Shown: piece after piece, positions 42,858 to 57,707 of the stretch | Position numbering within the stretch: position 1 is the stretch's first letter | Layout of the letters: each line of letters begins with the position of its first letter | Assembly (NCBI RefSeq): GCF_009914755.1 | Contig: NC_060939.1 | Length of the DNA: 64,000 bases | Reading direction: 5' to 3' (one strand) | DNA from: the human T2T-CHM13v2.0 reference genome, Homo sapiens | Translations under genes and position numbers: made by a program | The notes under the pieces: model-generated | What the model was told of the DNA's origin: nothing | The model's input: only the letters and a program-made list of their open reading frames with translations | Databases searched by the model: none

Positions 42858-43267
42858 GATATTAGTCCATTTTGCTTTGCTGTAAAGGAATATCTGAGGC
42901 TGGGTAATTTATAAAGAAAGGAGGTTTATTTGGCTCACCATTCTGCAGGCTGTACTAGAAGCATGATGCCAGCATCTGCATCTGGTGAGGGCTTCAGGGA
43001 GCATCCAGTCGTGGCATAAAGGGAAGGGGAGCTGGCATATCACATGTGAGAGAGATGCCAAGAGAAAGATACCAGTCTGTTTTAAACAACCAGCTCTTTT
43101 GTGAACTTACAGAGCAAGAACTCACCCATTACCATGGGGAGGGCAGCAAGTCATTCATGAAGGATCTGCCTCAATGATCAAAACACATCCCACCAGGCCC
43201 CACCTCCAACACTGGGGATCACATTTCAACATGAGATCTGGAGGGGACAAACATCCAAACTATATCA
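42858..43267 (-). mobile_element. MST (MSTA/B-like) solo LTR
   Basis: TATTAGTCCATTTTGC...GGGGACAAACATCCAAACTATATCA, flanks CAGCC / GAGCC. Confidence 0.88.
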
Positions 43268-46200
43268 GAGCCTAAGTTTAACATTCATAGTAGGGTACAT
43301 CTGTGGCAGAGTGCAGCATTAGAAAGTGTAGCTCTCTGCCTACCTCTTAAACTGGCTCCCCTCTGAATATGAGTGAGTGGCATTGAGTAGACTGCTGCAT
43401 AATTATTGTTGGGTTAAGGCCTCTGTGCAGTCAGTTTTAGAGGTGGATGTCACTGAAAGCAAAGTTGAATGTCAGCTTACCCTTAGTCTTCATAGACCAG
43501 CAGCATCTGCAGAAGATGGATGATTTACCTTCTTTTTTATTATAATTTTTTTGTATGTTTTTTGGTCGTTCTGGTACAAAGTGTCAAGTAGCAAATACCA
43601 CTGCTGACAATTTTCCTATACACTGCATACCAAGATGGGTGGTTGATGGAGAGGACCTGAAGCCCCAGGGATAGCCTGGAGGGAGTGGAAACAAAAGCTG
43701 GATGGAAGCAGGTTTGTGAAGAGAAAGTTACTTCACCTCTCTGCCATTCATACCTGATGGAGCTGTAGATGGGAAGGAATTGCCCAAATTCTGTCCTCCT
43801 TTCTCATTCCCTGTCTGGTTGTAGTAGACGGTTGCTCAGTTCTTTGCTGGTGGCTTCCACAGCTGTCAGGCCACGTGGCTCATTAAGTGGCTGTAAAAGC
43901 TGTTGAGGATCCTTTGGAAGAGAGGGTGGGAAGACTCTGGCAGCTACAGTGCACCCACACCTTACTAGCTTATCCAGACAGACTGAGCTACGGTTTGGGG
44001 TCAGACACAAGGAGGCTTCCCTAGCATCATTACACAGGGATAACTGGTGAGTAGGTGCAGGCATTCTCATTGTCCCTTTTGCTTCCATCCCTAAAACCTC
44101 TCAAGAGTCTAGTCTTGATACTTATACAAACCTAGTTTCTAGAGCTTTGTTGAGTTCATTATACTGTCACCCATCAGTTAAATTTGGTCTTCATATGAAA
44201 ACAGGGGGATATTATTAAAGGGTAGCTGAATCAGTATCTTTACACCGTATACATAAGCAGCCAAAAGTCCTATCGTCCAAATTTATTTTAGCAAACCATG
44301 AGTCTTCAGTACTTTATGACCACAACATTGGGATGATATATCCCAATCATTGAGGTAATTAAATTAATCCATGAGTTTTTGTTTTATTTACTTATTATAT
44401 GTGTCTAATACTGTAGTAGGAACTTAGTATCCATGAGTATCCTCATTCGGCAAAGAGGTTCTTAGAGCTTCATGAAACTTGCTGTATCCACCTCTGTAAT
44501 AAGGTTAACTGACATAAGGTTAACCTCTGTCCCTTTGTATAACTGAGAGAATACATGCACCCACATTTGTGCCTTTGTTCTTACCACTTCTTTTTGCAGA
44601 GAATGCACTTTCTCTCTCTTTTTCTCTGGCCTCCAACAGAGATATACAAACAGTCATTAAAATTGAATGTTTTTCAAGAGCTAGGTCAAAAACTTCCTCC
44701 TCTTGAAAGCTTTTCCCAGCATTTCAAGTTGGTTATCTGAATGAAGATACTAGGACTGGCCCCTCCTCAAGGCCTGCAGGTAATTTAACTATGTGACAAG
44801 TTAAAACCTTCAACACACTCTTGGGTGATGACCAAGGCAGGTGTTACCTGTTAGGGTTGTCGCCTGGCCCTACAGGTCAGGCCAATAGGGTTCAAAGTCA
44901 GCTGAGTTGTTGGGCATGTAGAGAGACCCAGGGATTCCCATGAGAATGTAGCTTCTTGGAGGTATTCTTAGTACTTCCACACAGAACCGTAATCTTTTGA
45001 GCTCTGATAACATTTTGTGTCTCTATCATAAGACATTTCAGCTTCAGGTTAATCTCTTCCCTAGTGGATCAAGACCTCCTTGAGAAGAGGCATAGTTTCT
45101 AATGTTCTTCTTCTTTATAGTGTTTTATACATAGTGCACACTCAATGTTTGTCACAATGTGCGTAAATATGGTTGGGATCCAGTGGTCTGCTGAGGTCCC
45201 ATGGTGTCCCTCTTAGATGGCTGAACACATCTTATGGCCTGGGCTGTGTTAAAAAGACCTGGAAGTGCTAGAGCCATTGTGGAGTTGATTCTGGGTACAG
45301 TGCTGAGGCAAGCTTGCGAGGGATGATATTATCTTCCTTTTTAGAAGTCCAGCTTCGGAGGTTGTACCTTTGAGTTTGAAACTGGATTCTGAATAGGAAA
45401 TGGGGGCCCATCAAGAGTGAAAAAAAATCAATGATCTAATCAAGACTTAGACTCAGGACCATGAAATCAAGATTGGTTCCAAATATAACCTCCAGGCACC
45501 TTTAATGAGGTAGTTCCAATATTTTGGACAGATTTAAAGAGACCTTCTATAATAGCTAGAAAAGAATGTCCCATTTCTTTGATGACCCTGGACACCAACT
45601 CACTGAAGTTCAGATCTTCCGGGGCCCTTGCTGTTCTCAAATCAGAATTCATCACTTCTTCTGTTCTTCCATACCACTTTGCAGCTCTGTTACAGCCTGC
45701 TGTATTTTGCTCCACCTCAATATTCATTTTAGCTCCTGTAATTGTCCCACTTATATGAAGTACTGGAGGAGGACTCAGTCCAACATGGGAAGAAATGACT
45801 TAGCCAAGGTCAGGAAGCATCTCAGACCAGAACTCACAGGTCCTTAATTTTGATTCTAGTTTTCTTCTTCTTTTTTTCTGATATGGACTTCCTTGATGCG
45901 CTTATTGACTCTGGGTGCTGTTCCCAAGGGTCTTAGGGTTTTAGGTAACGCACGTATAATTCTTTGACTTGTGGCTTTGGATAAACTTCTGGGGTCATGT
46001 GTTGAAAGAGGAAGAACAGAGGAGAAACAATGCCTCTTCCTTGGTAATCCCAAATGCCTAAAAAATAAAGGTAAATGACTGAGAAGTCAAATCCTAACTT
46101 TGTACAATTCTTGTTTATTTAATTAAAAGTCAGCTATTGAATACCTTACAAATAGGAATGCACTTCGTTAAAAGAACTTGCTGATTTTTCAATGCAGCAA

Positions 46201-47794
46201 AAGTGGTGTAATATTACATTTGTTGTTTCTATCTGCATCCTGAATAAAATATTTCTTCATGCTTAAGTAGGTTCTGCCCATAGATTTTCAGAGAGGCCTG
46301 CTTCTCTGAAAAGGGCTGTTATTTTGTGTGTGGGCTTTGCCCTGTTGATGAACATCTTGTATTCTGTGTTCAACTTTAGAGCAGAATGTATATATTTGTT
46401 TTTTGAAGATCTCCCTGGGACAGAATTGCTTCCTGAGCATATGCATTTAGCTGAAAAGATAAATGTGTGGTCAGAGGCCCTTGCCCACCTCTGATTAAGA
46501 GTTTTTGTTAATGGTGCTCCAGGTAAGGGTCCTGTGTGCTTCACGAGCTCTTATCACTACTTAAAAACTAACAGTAGTAGTTGTCCATATGGAAAAGGCA
46601 GGCTTTGTTGATGAGTACGTTTGAATGAAGATGCATGTTTATCACCCTCTCTCTTTCCCCTTCCTCCTTTAATGGCTCATTGAGGTGTATTAGCCCAGCT
46701 CTTCAAGACCACCAATAAAGTTATTCTGGACTCTTCTCTCACCGTGGGCTCCTCTGAACCTTTCTGTGCTTTTCTATGGGCTCGTATAATTGGATCAGAC
46801 ACATTGCAAAGACCTCTTGTCTTTTTTTTTTTTCTGAAATGCAAAATATGTTCATACTCAGATACCTGCCTACATGTATGGGTTGATTAAGCAGCAAACT
46901 GGGAGTATGACTGACAGACCACAGGGAGCAAAGCCTACTCCAACACCCCGTTTGGATGCATCAGGTCAGAGCACTCCAGGTAGAATTTGTGGGCTCTCGA
47001 ATGCACTAAAGATACTCAGGACATCTTCTTTTCCTTCCCCAGTCTCTTTCCAGAGGTGAAATTATACTCAGAGGTAAGATTATAATAGGAAAGTCTTTGG
47101 AGAAAGGCCCTCAAAACAATCATTCAGAAGGTCAAACTAAAGTAAGTAGTTCTGAATTCTAATTACTATGATAATAAAACATTTATGAAGTGACTACTTG
47201 CTCATGTCAATGTGCTGTGTTATATGTCTTCTAGAAAGACTGCCCGGATCCTTGGAATTTCACATAGCCCATTGCCCTCCTTTCCCCTTCCAGAAAATAT
47301 CTTTACTCCTTATTATTACAAAGTCGTGATACCATCTTCTTTTATTCTCATAGGTATCGAAACTCTTTGTTGAGACTTGTTTGGTGGTTTGTGTCTGACT
47401 TGAATTATTAATTCCTGCAAAGAAAGTTTACCTTAGGACCTCAACTCTGTATTTTAGCAAGAGAATAGATTTAGCTTCCTTGAACTGATGCTTTCTCATG
47501 CTGCAGGGCAAGTGCAAATTTGATGGCAAATTACTGAACTATCAGAAAACAAGTTTCTTTGGGAACATTTATCATCACTTCTTTCCCTTGATACAGTCCT
47601 AATTCTCTGTATACCTATTGAATTGGAGGCCTGTATTTAACAGCATGTTTCAGATATGTTATGGGGCCTAATGCATTAAGTGTCACGAACAAAAGTTGAA
47701 ACTAGGCATATACTCATGTGTACAAACAAGGCCTTAAGACCAAGCCCCTGTCTTTTTGGATGTTGCATAGTACTAAAAATTATGACCAAAAAGT

Positions 47795-48640
<846 letters not shown>

Positions 48641-48820
48641 ATTATTATTACTAATAGAGCCCTTGGCTTGGAAAGTGAAGATTTAACATTGGGAACAGGA
48701 CTGAACTCTAAGCTGCCTGTGTAACCTAGGTGGTAGGAAAGGGACATTAGCTTCCTGGCCCCCAGGAAAGCCAAGACTTTCTCAGCAAAAAGCCAAGACA
48801 GCCTAAAGGAGAGTTTACAA

Positions 48821-48968
48821 CTGTGGTTCTCAATGCTGGATCCACATAGAATCATGTTGGGAACTTTTAAAACTCTCGATGCCTGGGATCTCTAGGGCTG
48901 GGACCATGGCACCAGTATCTGTCAAAGCTTCCCAAGTGAATCCAGTGTGCAAAGTTGAGAGCTATTTC
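48821..48968. mobile_element. MER5-type hAT element
   Basis: GTGGTTCTCAA...AAGTTGAGAGC ends. Confidence 0.65.
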
Positions 48969-49758
48969 CAGTGACTGAATGATGATTCCAGATGCTCTCT
49001 TTCAGAAACAATGTACCCCACACACATGGGGAATGTAGGACTTAGGACAAACATGGGGAATGAGGCCAAACAGGGCTGAAAGTAATAACAATTATAGCTG
49101 TTTTAGGTACTCCAAATATAACCTCCAGGAACTTTTAGTCAGGTAGTCCAAATCTCTTGCAAAGATTTTATCCAGTGATACCACTTAGCGATGCTGTGCT
49201 CTGGATGGGGAATTCAAATAAAAATAGCTAGATTATTAGTCCCGTTCTATGTTTCCAAGTTTGAATGTATTTTATGACATCTTGGGGCCTCAGTTTCTCT
49301 AGTAAAATGAGAATAATAATGCCTGGGCTGCCTAAGCAAGTATTAGCCAAGTTTACTGGGTTTCTACAATGGGGAGGGGATATTTACACTCATCTGGTAT
49401 CTACTTCCTAGATTCTGCCCCAGGAAGAAGTAGCTAATAAAATGATTGATCCGAGTCTAGGGTTTTTATTGAGCCATGTTTTCTCTGGAGGAGGGAGTTA
49501 CTGTGTTACAGAGGCAGAAATCTAAGCTTCATCTATTCTTTACTACTTCCTGCTCCCCCGCAGGAAGCACTTAGGTATAGGCTGTGCCTCTGTGAGCCTC
49601 TCTGTAGTCCTGACGTCTCTAGTTGACAGGCAGTAACTTAAGCTGGGGGTGCACAGTGTATCCCAACTTTGAGTACTCTGTTTTCCATGTAGCTACTGTT
49701 TGTGTCATAGCTTTCCCTGGAGGGAACCAGGGAGGTGGGGTTAATAATAGGATTATCC

Positions 49759-50171
49759 AAGTGGATAAAGAAAATGTGGTACATATACACCATGGAATAC
49801 CATGCAGCCATGAAGAAGAATAAGTTCATGTCCTTTTCAGGGACATGGATGAAACTGGAAGCCATCATTCTCAGCCAACTAACACAGGAACAGAAAACCA
49901 AACACTTCATGTTCTCACTTATAAGTGGGAATTTAACAATGAGAACACATGGACACAGGGAGGGGAACATCATACACCGGGGCTTGTTAGGGGGTGGGGG
50001 CAAGGGGAGGGAGAGCATTAGGACAAATACCTACGCATGTGGGGCTTAAAGCCTAGATGATGGATTGATAGGTGCAGCAAACCACCACGGCACATGTATA
50101 CCTATGTAACAAACCTGCACATTCTGCACATGTATCCCAGAACTTAAAGTAAAATTAAAAAAAAAAAAAAA
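49759..50171 (+). mobile_element. L1PA (PA8-10-like) 3' fragment
   Basis: ORF2 C-terminus (WIKKMWYIYTMEY), poly(A), TSD GATTATCC (49751-49758, 50172-50179). Confidence 0.92.
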
Positions 50172-50223
50172 GATTATCCTACACCAGCTTGGAACCTATG
50201 ATATTATTGTACTAGGAGGTGCT

Positions 50224-50307
50224 TTCTCTCTCTCTATCCCTCTCTCTTGCGTGAGCACATGCATGCTCTCTCTCTCTCTCTTTCTCTCCCTCTCTCTCTG
50301 TGTGTGT
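50224..50307. repeat. Interrupted (CT)n/(TG)n tract
   Basis: Directly visible. Confidence 0.8.
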
Positions 50308-50649
50308 AGGGGGATAAATATGAAAGAAACAGAGTTTAACAGAGACGAGAAGGCAGGCACAAAAATATTCGTAGTAGAATGTAGGAAGTGATGACAAAAC
50401 CAGGGGACCAATTAGAGCTTTTAGACTCCAAATCTTCCACTTTCATCAGGCTCAGACAGTATCCCTGTGGCCACAGATGCCTCAAAACTGCCCGGTTTTG
50501 TCTCAAACATGGTGCCCTGGAAGGCATCTATTCTGGAGGAACTCTCTGTTAGTGCAGCCTGAGTCTCTTTGTGGAAAGCAGGTTATATGGGAAGGCTCTT
50601 GCACATGTAGGAGCATTGTAATGAACAGCCAAAAGAAATAGCTTCCCAG

Positions 50650-51770
50650 ACTAAAGATTTCTACAAGGGCCAGATAAGGAATAGAACCGAGTGAAGAGGG
50701 TCAGGTGGGGACTGTGTTGTCTTGGGGTGTGCGTGGCCCTATGGATGGGCAGCCACTCCTCCAGCTGTTTGCTGCTGTGTTAGAACATTGAGACCAGGGT
50801 AGTCAGATTGTCCACTTTCTCAAGAGAGGCCAGACTTTTATATTTCTTTGTGGTATTCTTTATTTCTAAATGTTTCCAACTGATTCCAGTTTTATGGTAC
50901 AGACTTCTATACCCATTGATCCGTTGAAGTCTTCCTGTTCTAATGGCTTTTGAAAAGTTTTACCACCTTTTGGCCACCTCCCTTTTTTGGTGAGTGTATA
51001 AATGACATTTTTTTTAACCTTACACACACTACATAAGTGTGTTAAAAGAAGTGATATTGTTACATTATGGTTTTAGGCAAAAAAATACTTACTCATGTAT
51101 CCAACAGCAGATTCAGTCAAAAATATTATAAAGAGAGAATTTGAATTGCATGCTATGTTTGGATAAACTCAAATGTTTTGCTTGTTTATGAATGTCAAGT
51201 ACCAGAGATGAAGAGGTAGCAGCTTCTCATGACTCTGCAATTGCATGTGTGTGCTATTTCCACATTTTGAAGCACTGTCCTGTTTAGCTTTTATTTTGCC
51301 CTGAGGGTGTTTTTCTGTGTTATAACTTTATTTTCAAGTGTAGTTTGAGTGCAAAAATAACCATGAGTCCCCAGAAGGTTGAAAAATTGATGAAGAAAAT
51401 GATGCAGAAAGAAGAAAAAAATGAGTACCATAAATTTTAATCACATTGCATTTTATGTGCAAAACTATATTTATGGACTTTAAAGTTGTTGTTTATTACC
51501 TATACATTTATTTTCATTGTTCAATTGGTATAACTTTTTTATAATCTGAGAAAACAGTTTAAGTATCTTGGTTTGGGATGAAATACCTCATAATTTTTCC
51601 CATTCAACTGAATGGAAATATTTTTCATTTAATGGTTTTTCTCTTTGCAGACAGTTTTTCAGGAATGAATGGAAGTCCCTCATGAGGGATCAATGTGTTT
51701 ACCTGTGGGCCAACACAAAGCATGTCTGTGAACTGCATTTGGCCAGCAGGATGCTAGTTTGTGAAATTCA
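50650..51770. mobile_element. MER102-like hAT element split by an ~800 bp AT-rich Tigger-like insert (50900-51705)
   Basis: CAAGAGAGGCCAGAC left half and TGTGGGCCAACACAAAGCATGTCTG right half. Insert has inverted CATTGATCC / GGATCAATG near its ends. Confidence 0.55.
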
Positions 51771-53571
51771 GTGAAGAAATGGCCTCAAAAGTACTGTAAA
51801 AATGTTAAAGTGCTGAATGAGAATAAAAGGTCATTATTTTAGCCCCCTTAAGGTCCAGGGAGGGGGTTGTCAGTGGTTATATTCCTTAGGGTCAAGCTGT
51901 TTTTCATCCTCATCCCTTTGCCCATGGATTTTCCATCCCTGCCCTCCATAATGCACAGGGACTGGAATCAAATTTGGACTTTCTGTTCATTTCCTGGTGA
52001 GGTCAGTCAGCTTCACGAGCCTCTTGGTCAAGCCAGGAACCTGGACATAGGCTTGTTAATTGCCTGGGTACTGTGTGGCAGTGGAAAGGATGGTGACTTG
52101 GGAGTCAAGAGGCCAGGGATGGGCTTTGGCTTTGCTGCAGATTCATGATGTGACTTTGAGCTTTGCTGTACTCAACAAATATTTACTATTATTATCATAG
52201 TCACTAGCAGTATTTTCATGGCCTTAGGCTAGACTAGAAGACCACAATGTTCTTTTCCAATTCTAATTTTCTGTGGGTCTAGAAACAATCCTATAAACAT
52301 GCATATATGTTTTCATAGAAGCAGTGCCCTCCAAAGTCGGGCATACTGTTCTTACCACCAGCATCTGTTTATTCGTCTATTGATTCGTTCTTTCAACATA
52401 TATTTATCAGGAGCCTACAGAGTGCCAGGCATTGTTCTAGTCACTGAGGGTTGAGGAATTAGCAAGCAGACAAAATCCTTGCCTTCACGAAGCTTACATT
52501 CTTGTGGTTCCATCAGAGATCATATTTCCTCCTTGTTTAATACATTTGACTACCTGGATAAATAAACTCTGATACTTCATAGGGAACCATATAAATGTTA
52601 AGGAAATAAGGCATTCTCAATGGCATAAAAGAATCGAAAGGAAGTATTTTGAAAGTTCAACGTGACCCTATTTGAGCTTGCAAGGGAGGGTGATTGGAAG
52701 GTCTGAGACATCACCTTTGTGAATTGGTCTGCGCTCTGATAGTGTTTATAAGATGCCACCATTCACAGATGGACCACTAGCATCAGGCCCAAGCAGTATT
52801 TTCACATCCAGCCATGTGGTGGCAGACAGAGGAGTCAGGCTGGCGAATAAAACAGTCATGCACGTAACCACATCTGAAGTTGAAACTGGTCATATCACAG
52901 AGAAATCAGTAGTGTCTCATTTATGGCCAGTTATATCTTTTCCTTCTCTCTATGTCCGTTCTCTCTCTTTCAGGGAAGCTTGGCAAAACATCTTTCCTTG
53001 GTGAAAATAGTCCTTCTTTACTCTTGCCTTGAAGGTGCCCTAAGTTACCTTGGGGGCTTTGCCTTTGAAGTATTTTGGGAGCATTTATCTCCTAGTCCTT
53101 GTAGTTCATCTTCTTTCTCCTCTTCTTCTTTTTTTCTTCCTTCCCCTTCTCTTTGCTCTTCCTACTTTTTCTTTCTTCTTTCTCTTTTGTTTATCTCTTC
53201 CTGCTTCCCTTCTACTTTGTTCTTCTCTTTCTCCTCCTTCAATTAAATAGAAAATCATTACAAGGATCTGTGATAAATTAATGTCTTCATGGGGATGTAA
53301 AGGATAACTTTTCTAAAGACCTCCAGGAAAGCAAAGGCTGCCTTGACATAAAGGGACCTGGGCATCACATCGGCTTTTCTAAATATGAAAAGACCACAGC
53401 TGCCTTGAAAAAGAGCTGATAAATGCACCTGTGTTGCTTTAAACAAAGCCAATACCCATTTGAAGCTAAGAAAGGTAAATGCCTCCTAGCCCCTAGAAAT
53501 CGACAATCATGAGGGCAAAACTGGTCACAGCTGTTGGGGCTGTCTTAATGGCCCATTGTCAAAGGGCCAGA

Positions 53572-53625
53572 CAGCAACAAGAACAACAGCAGCAGCAGCA
53601 GCAACAACAACCACAACGACAACAA
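53572..53625. repeat. Mixed CAG/CAA trinucleotide tract
   Basis: Directly visible. Confidence 0.85.
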
Positions 53626-54177
53626 TGAAATCACTCAGATTGTCAGGAATTTGAGCAAAAGCTGTAATCGAGAAATGGCAGCCACTTAGTCAAGATCTCT
53701 TGGGTGAGATACAATTGAATTTCATCTTTTCTTCTCTCACTGTGGACGTACTATTGCCTTAACAAAGTCTCTCTATAATTTCACTGAGGCCCTCTACCAG
53801 AAATGCCCTGGTTAAAGTTATTCCTGCATTTACAGTAAGAATGCTGCTGAGAACATTGTGACTACATCTTGCAGTGCCTCCTATAGAAGTTTCATGTGAA
53901 AATTTTCTTTCTTCTTGTTAAGTGCTTTGTGCTTCTTTTAAATAACTATTTTTAGGCACGCTATGTTTTTGATCTATTAGAGAAACAAGCACTATCCATG
54001 TTTATGTTTTTTCTTTGGCTTCTAGGATGCTCAGAGCCAAATTTGAGCCTCACCTGTAACAACAACTGTGCGGATCTTCATGGTTTGCATATTTTTTTTG
54101 TGTGTGTTTATAACAATATTTATTAAGCATTTGCTATATGACAGATATTGTATCAGTGTGATACATGCATTTTGTCT

Positions 54178-54562
54178 TTATTTATTTATTTATTTTTTAA
54201 ATTTTATTATTATTATTTTACTTTAAGTTTTAGGGTACATATGCACAATGTGCAGGTTAGTTACATATGTATACATGTGCCATGCTGGTGTGCTGCACCC
54301 ATTAACTCGTCATCTAGCATTAGGTATATCTCCTAAAGCTATCCCTCCCCCCTCCCCCCACCCCACAACAGTCCCCAGAGTGTGATGTTCCCCTTCCTGT
54401 GTCCATGTGTTCTCATTGTTCAGTTCCCACCTATGAGTGAAAATATGCGGTGTTTGGTTTTTTGTTCTTGCGATAGTTTACTGAGAATGATGATTTCCGA
54501 TTTCATCCATGTCCTTACAAAGGACATGAACTCATCATTTTTTTATGGCTGCATAGTATTCC
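54178..54562 (-). mobile_element. L1PA3/4-like 3' fragment
   Basis: Young-type L1 3'UTR reverse complement with (TTTA/TTA)n tail. Confidence 0.92.
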
Positions 54563-55954
54563 CTCCCCATTCTCGGTCTTGCTTTCTCCTCTTATTTGAA
54601 TTTTAGGTCTGGTCTGAAATTCTTTAACCTTCTTCTTCCCTCATACACGCTGCTATGTTTTCATAAGGGACAGCCTTAAATTTTTTGTGAAATTCCTGTC
54701 TTTCCATCCACACTAGTATTATCTGAGCTCAAGTCTCAAGTTCTCATTTCTCTCATAATGGTTTCTGTAGCAGCCTCATATTTGAGCTCCCAGCCTCCTG
54801 CCTCATCTTCCCTCCATCTATTCTGCTGCAGTTCCCTACATGGAGCTCAAATAGAAGCATGGTGTGCCCATGCTTGAAACCCTGCCAGGAATCCCTCCTC
54901 CCCATCTCTGTGGGCAGACCAAACCATCTATGATCTTCCCTTCCTCAGGACTCTAGTCTTAATATAATCTCCCTTTCATATATGCCATACTTCTATACAT
55001 TTTGTTGAATGAATAATATATTAATGTAATCATTATAATTTTCACAGCACTAATTTTTATTTACAGTAGCATGGGAATTTGGCAAATTGGTAATAAAGAT
55101 GAGTACCACGTCCATCTACCTGCAATGAAAGGAAGAAAAGATGGGATTCAAGAATGGGAAGATTGTCAATCTGCTGAAGCCAACTGGTATCAGTCCAGCA
55201 ATGTAGTCATATCTAGAAGTGAATTTACTACCTTTCAAATCTGGTAACCTAGTATTTTCTAGCTCCCCATCCCAAACTCTTCCACTCTCTCAAAACAGGA
55301 GGGAACTAAGAGCATAAATGGCCCCCTACCAACCTAATTTTTTTGATCCCAGCTTCTTCCCTAAACCTCCCTGTCACTTTCTTTCGGGTAGATGCAAGAT
55401 AGGTTTTACATATTATAGTCCAGCTAGAGTTAAACTTTTTCATATTCTCTGAATTAAGCCCCTAGTGAAATATGACTGACAGGTGATATGGAGGTGTATG
55501 GAAGATGCTGTGCTGTATGAGTGTAGACTTTTGGGGAAGAATGTGGGGATTAGTTTTGGCCATGTTGTAAACTATGTCATCGTGAGTGATTTAGGTCTTA
55601 GACTTGTGGATAAAATAAGAATGTTACATTGGATTGCCTCAAACTATCCTTCCAGCTCTGATTCTAAATATAATGTTCTTGGAATTAGCAAAGATATCAG
55701 ATGTCCTTATTCATACATTCATTAGGAAATATTTATTGAACACCTTTGTATGCCAAACATTGTGCAGCCTATGGGATGCAGAGAAGACCCAGAGTTCAAG
55801 AAAAAAAATATTTCACCATGAGAGATTGCAGTTTAATTAGGGAGTTACAGAAATGTCCACAGCGCAAGGTGGAAATAGATTGACACCATCAGAGACATGC
55901 AGGTCATAGAGATGTGGTGTCAGGGTGAGGGAACCTCAGATATAATTTGGACTC

Positions 55955-56250
55955 TGCCTCTCAAAATGTGCCCATGAACCAGAAGCTTCAGCCTCACCTG
56001 GGTGGAATTTTAAGCCCTGCTTTATACTCACTGAATCAGAATCTGCATTTAAATCAGATGCCCAGGTGATTCATATTCCCATGAAAACTTGAGATGCACG
56101 GATCAGTACAACTCCCTCATTTTGCAGGTGAGAAAATAAGCCCTGAAGGATGAAATGACTTGCCTGGTTTGAGTAGAGAGTTAGGACTTAAACCCAGAGC
56201 CCCTGATTTTTGGTGGGGTATATCCACACTGTGTCACCACTTATTATGAG
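55955..56250. mobile_element. MER5-type element followed by MIR
   Basis: CTGAATCAGAATCTGCATTT...CCCAGGTGATTC and CTCATTTTGCAGGTGAGAAAAT. Confidence 0.7.
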
Positions 56251-57707
56251 GTGCTATGGGATTTCAGAGAAAAGCAGTGAATGGAAACTATCCTTAGTTC
56301 ACTTACAGCATGTGCCAATAAACTTAAACTTTGAAACTCAAGCCAGGTTGTGGGATCCAGCCTGTTGTACATAGGTCAGATTGTTTTAACTACTGTGTCT
56401 CACTAAAAAATCAATGTTGTTTCTCATCCCAACACTCTAAAATGCAGAAATGTTGGCAATCACCAAAGAGGAGAGGAAGCTTCCTGTTCCTGCAAAATAA
56501 ATTCCCCAACTAGGCTTAATGCTTGATCATAAAATCCATCACCACCAATGGGGAAAAAAATCCAAAGACCTCCAAGCACACACCCTACTGAGAGAGGGTC
56601 ATGAGAGGCATGTTCCTGCATGTGCAGCCTGTGGAATGGATTCCCTAAAATGATCCTGTAGGCTAAATGGAAGGCATGAAAGCGAAATGAGATTCCAGTT
56701 TCTCAGTGAGCTTTTCTATGTTCTAACGTGTGGAAATAGTTTTATCCAGCAATGGTAGAGAATTCACAGGGTTAATGACTAAAGAATGGAGTTCTTGTAA
56801 TCAATATAGTCCTCTGGCTTTATTGATTAGAATCACCTGCTTATTTTGCAGCTAAGGTTTTTTTTTTTTTTTTTATCCCATTCAAAACAAAGACACCCTA
56901 GGGGACCATTAAGTAAATAGGCATTTAAGACTTTTTTCATTGCTAAGAATGTAGTTAATTATTATTAGTGCCTAAAAGTCTCAATTTAGACAGAACACCT
57001 GAATGAACATGCTACCGAAATGGTAGTGACATGATTCCTATGAAGGGATGCCAATTTTCAGTTTAGTGAAAAAATGCTGCTTCCTCCTTAGAGTTGTGAG
57101 GAGGGTTGTGACTACACATTTAACTCCTGAAAAAAAAAAAAAAAAGGCTTGGCAGAGCCCTTCTTTAAAGGAACTAAGGTGGAGTAGTTTTTCCAAATAT
57201 CGCATGTTCCTGGTGGACGCCATTTTTGTACACACAGGCTATTCACTCCTGAGCCTGTCTAAAGAAATAGATTGACCGTATGGAAACCCGTTAAAGATAT
57301 CAGGTCAATTTTATTTTATTTTAACAACACATTCATTGTTTTGCTTCAGGAAAACAAATCAAATGCAGACTTATGGTATTCACTGAGTAACATGCTTCTG
57401 CTTGTTAGGAAAAATGCTCAGGATTTAATACCACTTAATAATCTGTTTCTTTTCTTTTTGTTTGAAAATTACACAAATCAACCAGCATACATATCTTCAC
57501 TGAGCACCTATTATGGGTAAGAAGTTGTGCTTAGTGCTTTTGAAACATGATGATAATACTTAGAGCTTATTAGTGTTTTAACATTTACAAAATATTTGAT
57601 CCTTTTTATATTTGATTCTTATTTTTATATTTGAGCCTCTTGGGGCTCACAGGGCAGGGGACTACTTCCCACATTTTACAGATAAATATGTAAATTTAAC
57701 AAAGTTC

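Noticed and set aside
44327-44347. Hairpin ATTGGGAT-gatat-ATCCCAAT
   Set aside because: An 8 bp stem is expected by chance in 64 kb and is too short for a pre-miRNA.
49024-49062. ACATGGGGAATG direct repeat x2 as an array
   Set aside because: Only two 12 bp copies, consistent with local slippage; not CRISPR-like.
53095-53242. Pyrimidine tract giving a hydrophobic 107 aa ORF
   Set aside because: Low-complexity sequence, not a membrane protein.
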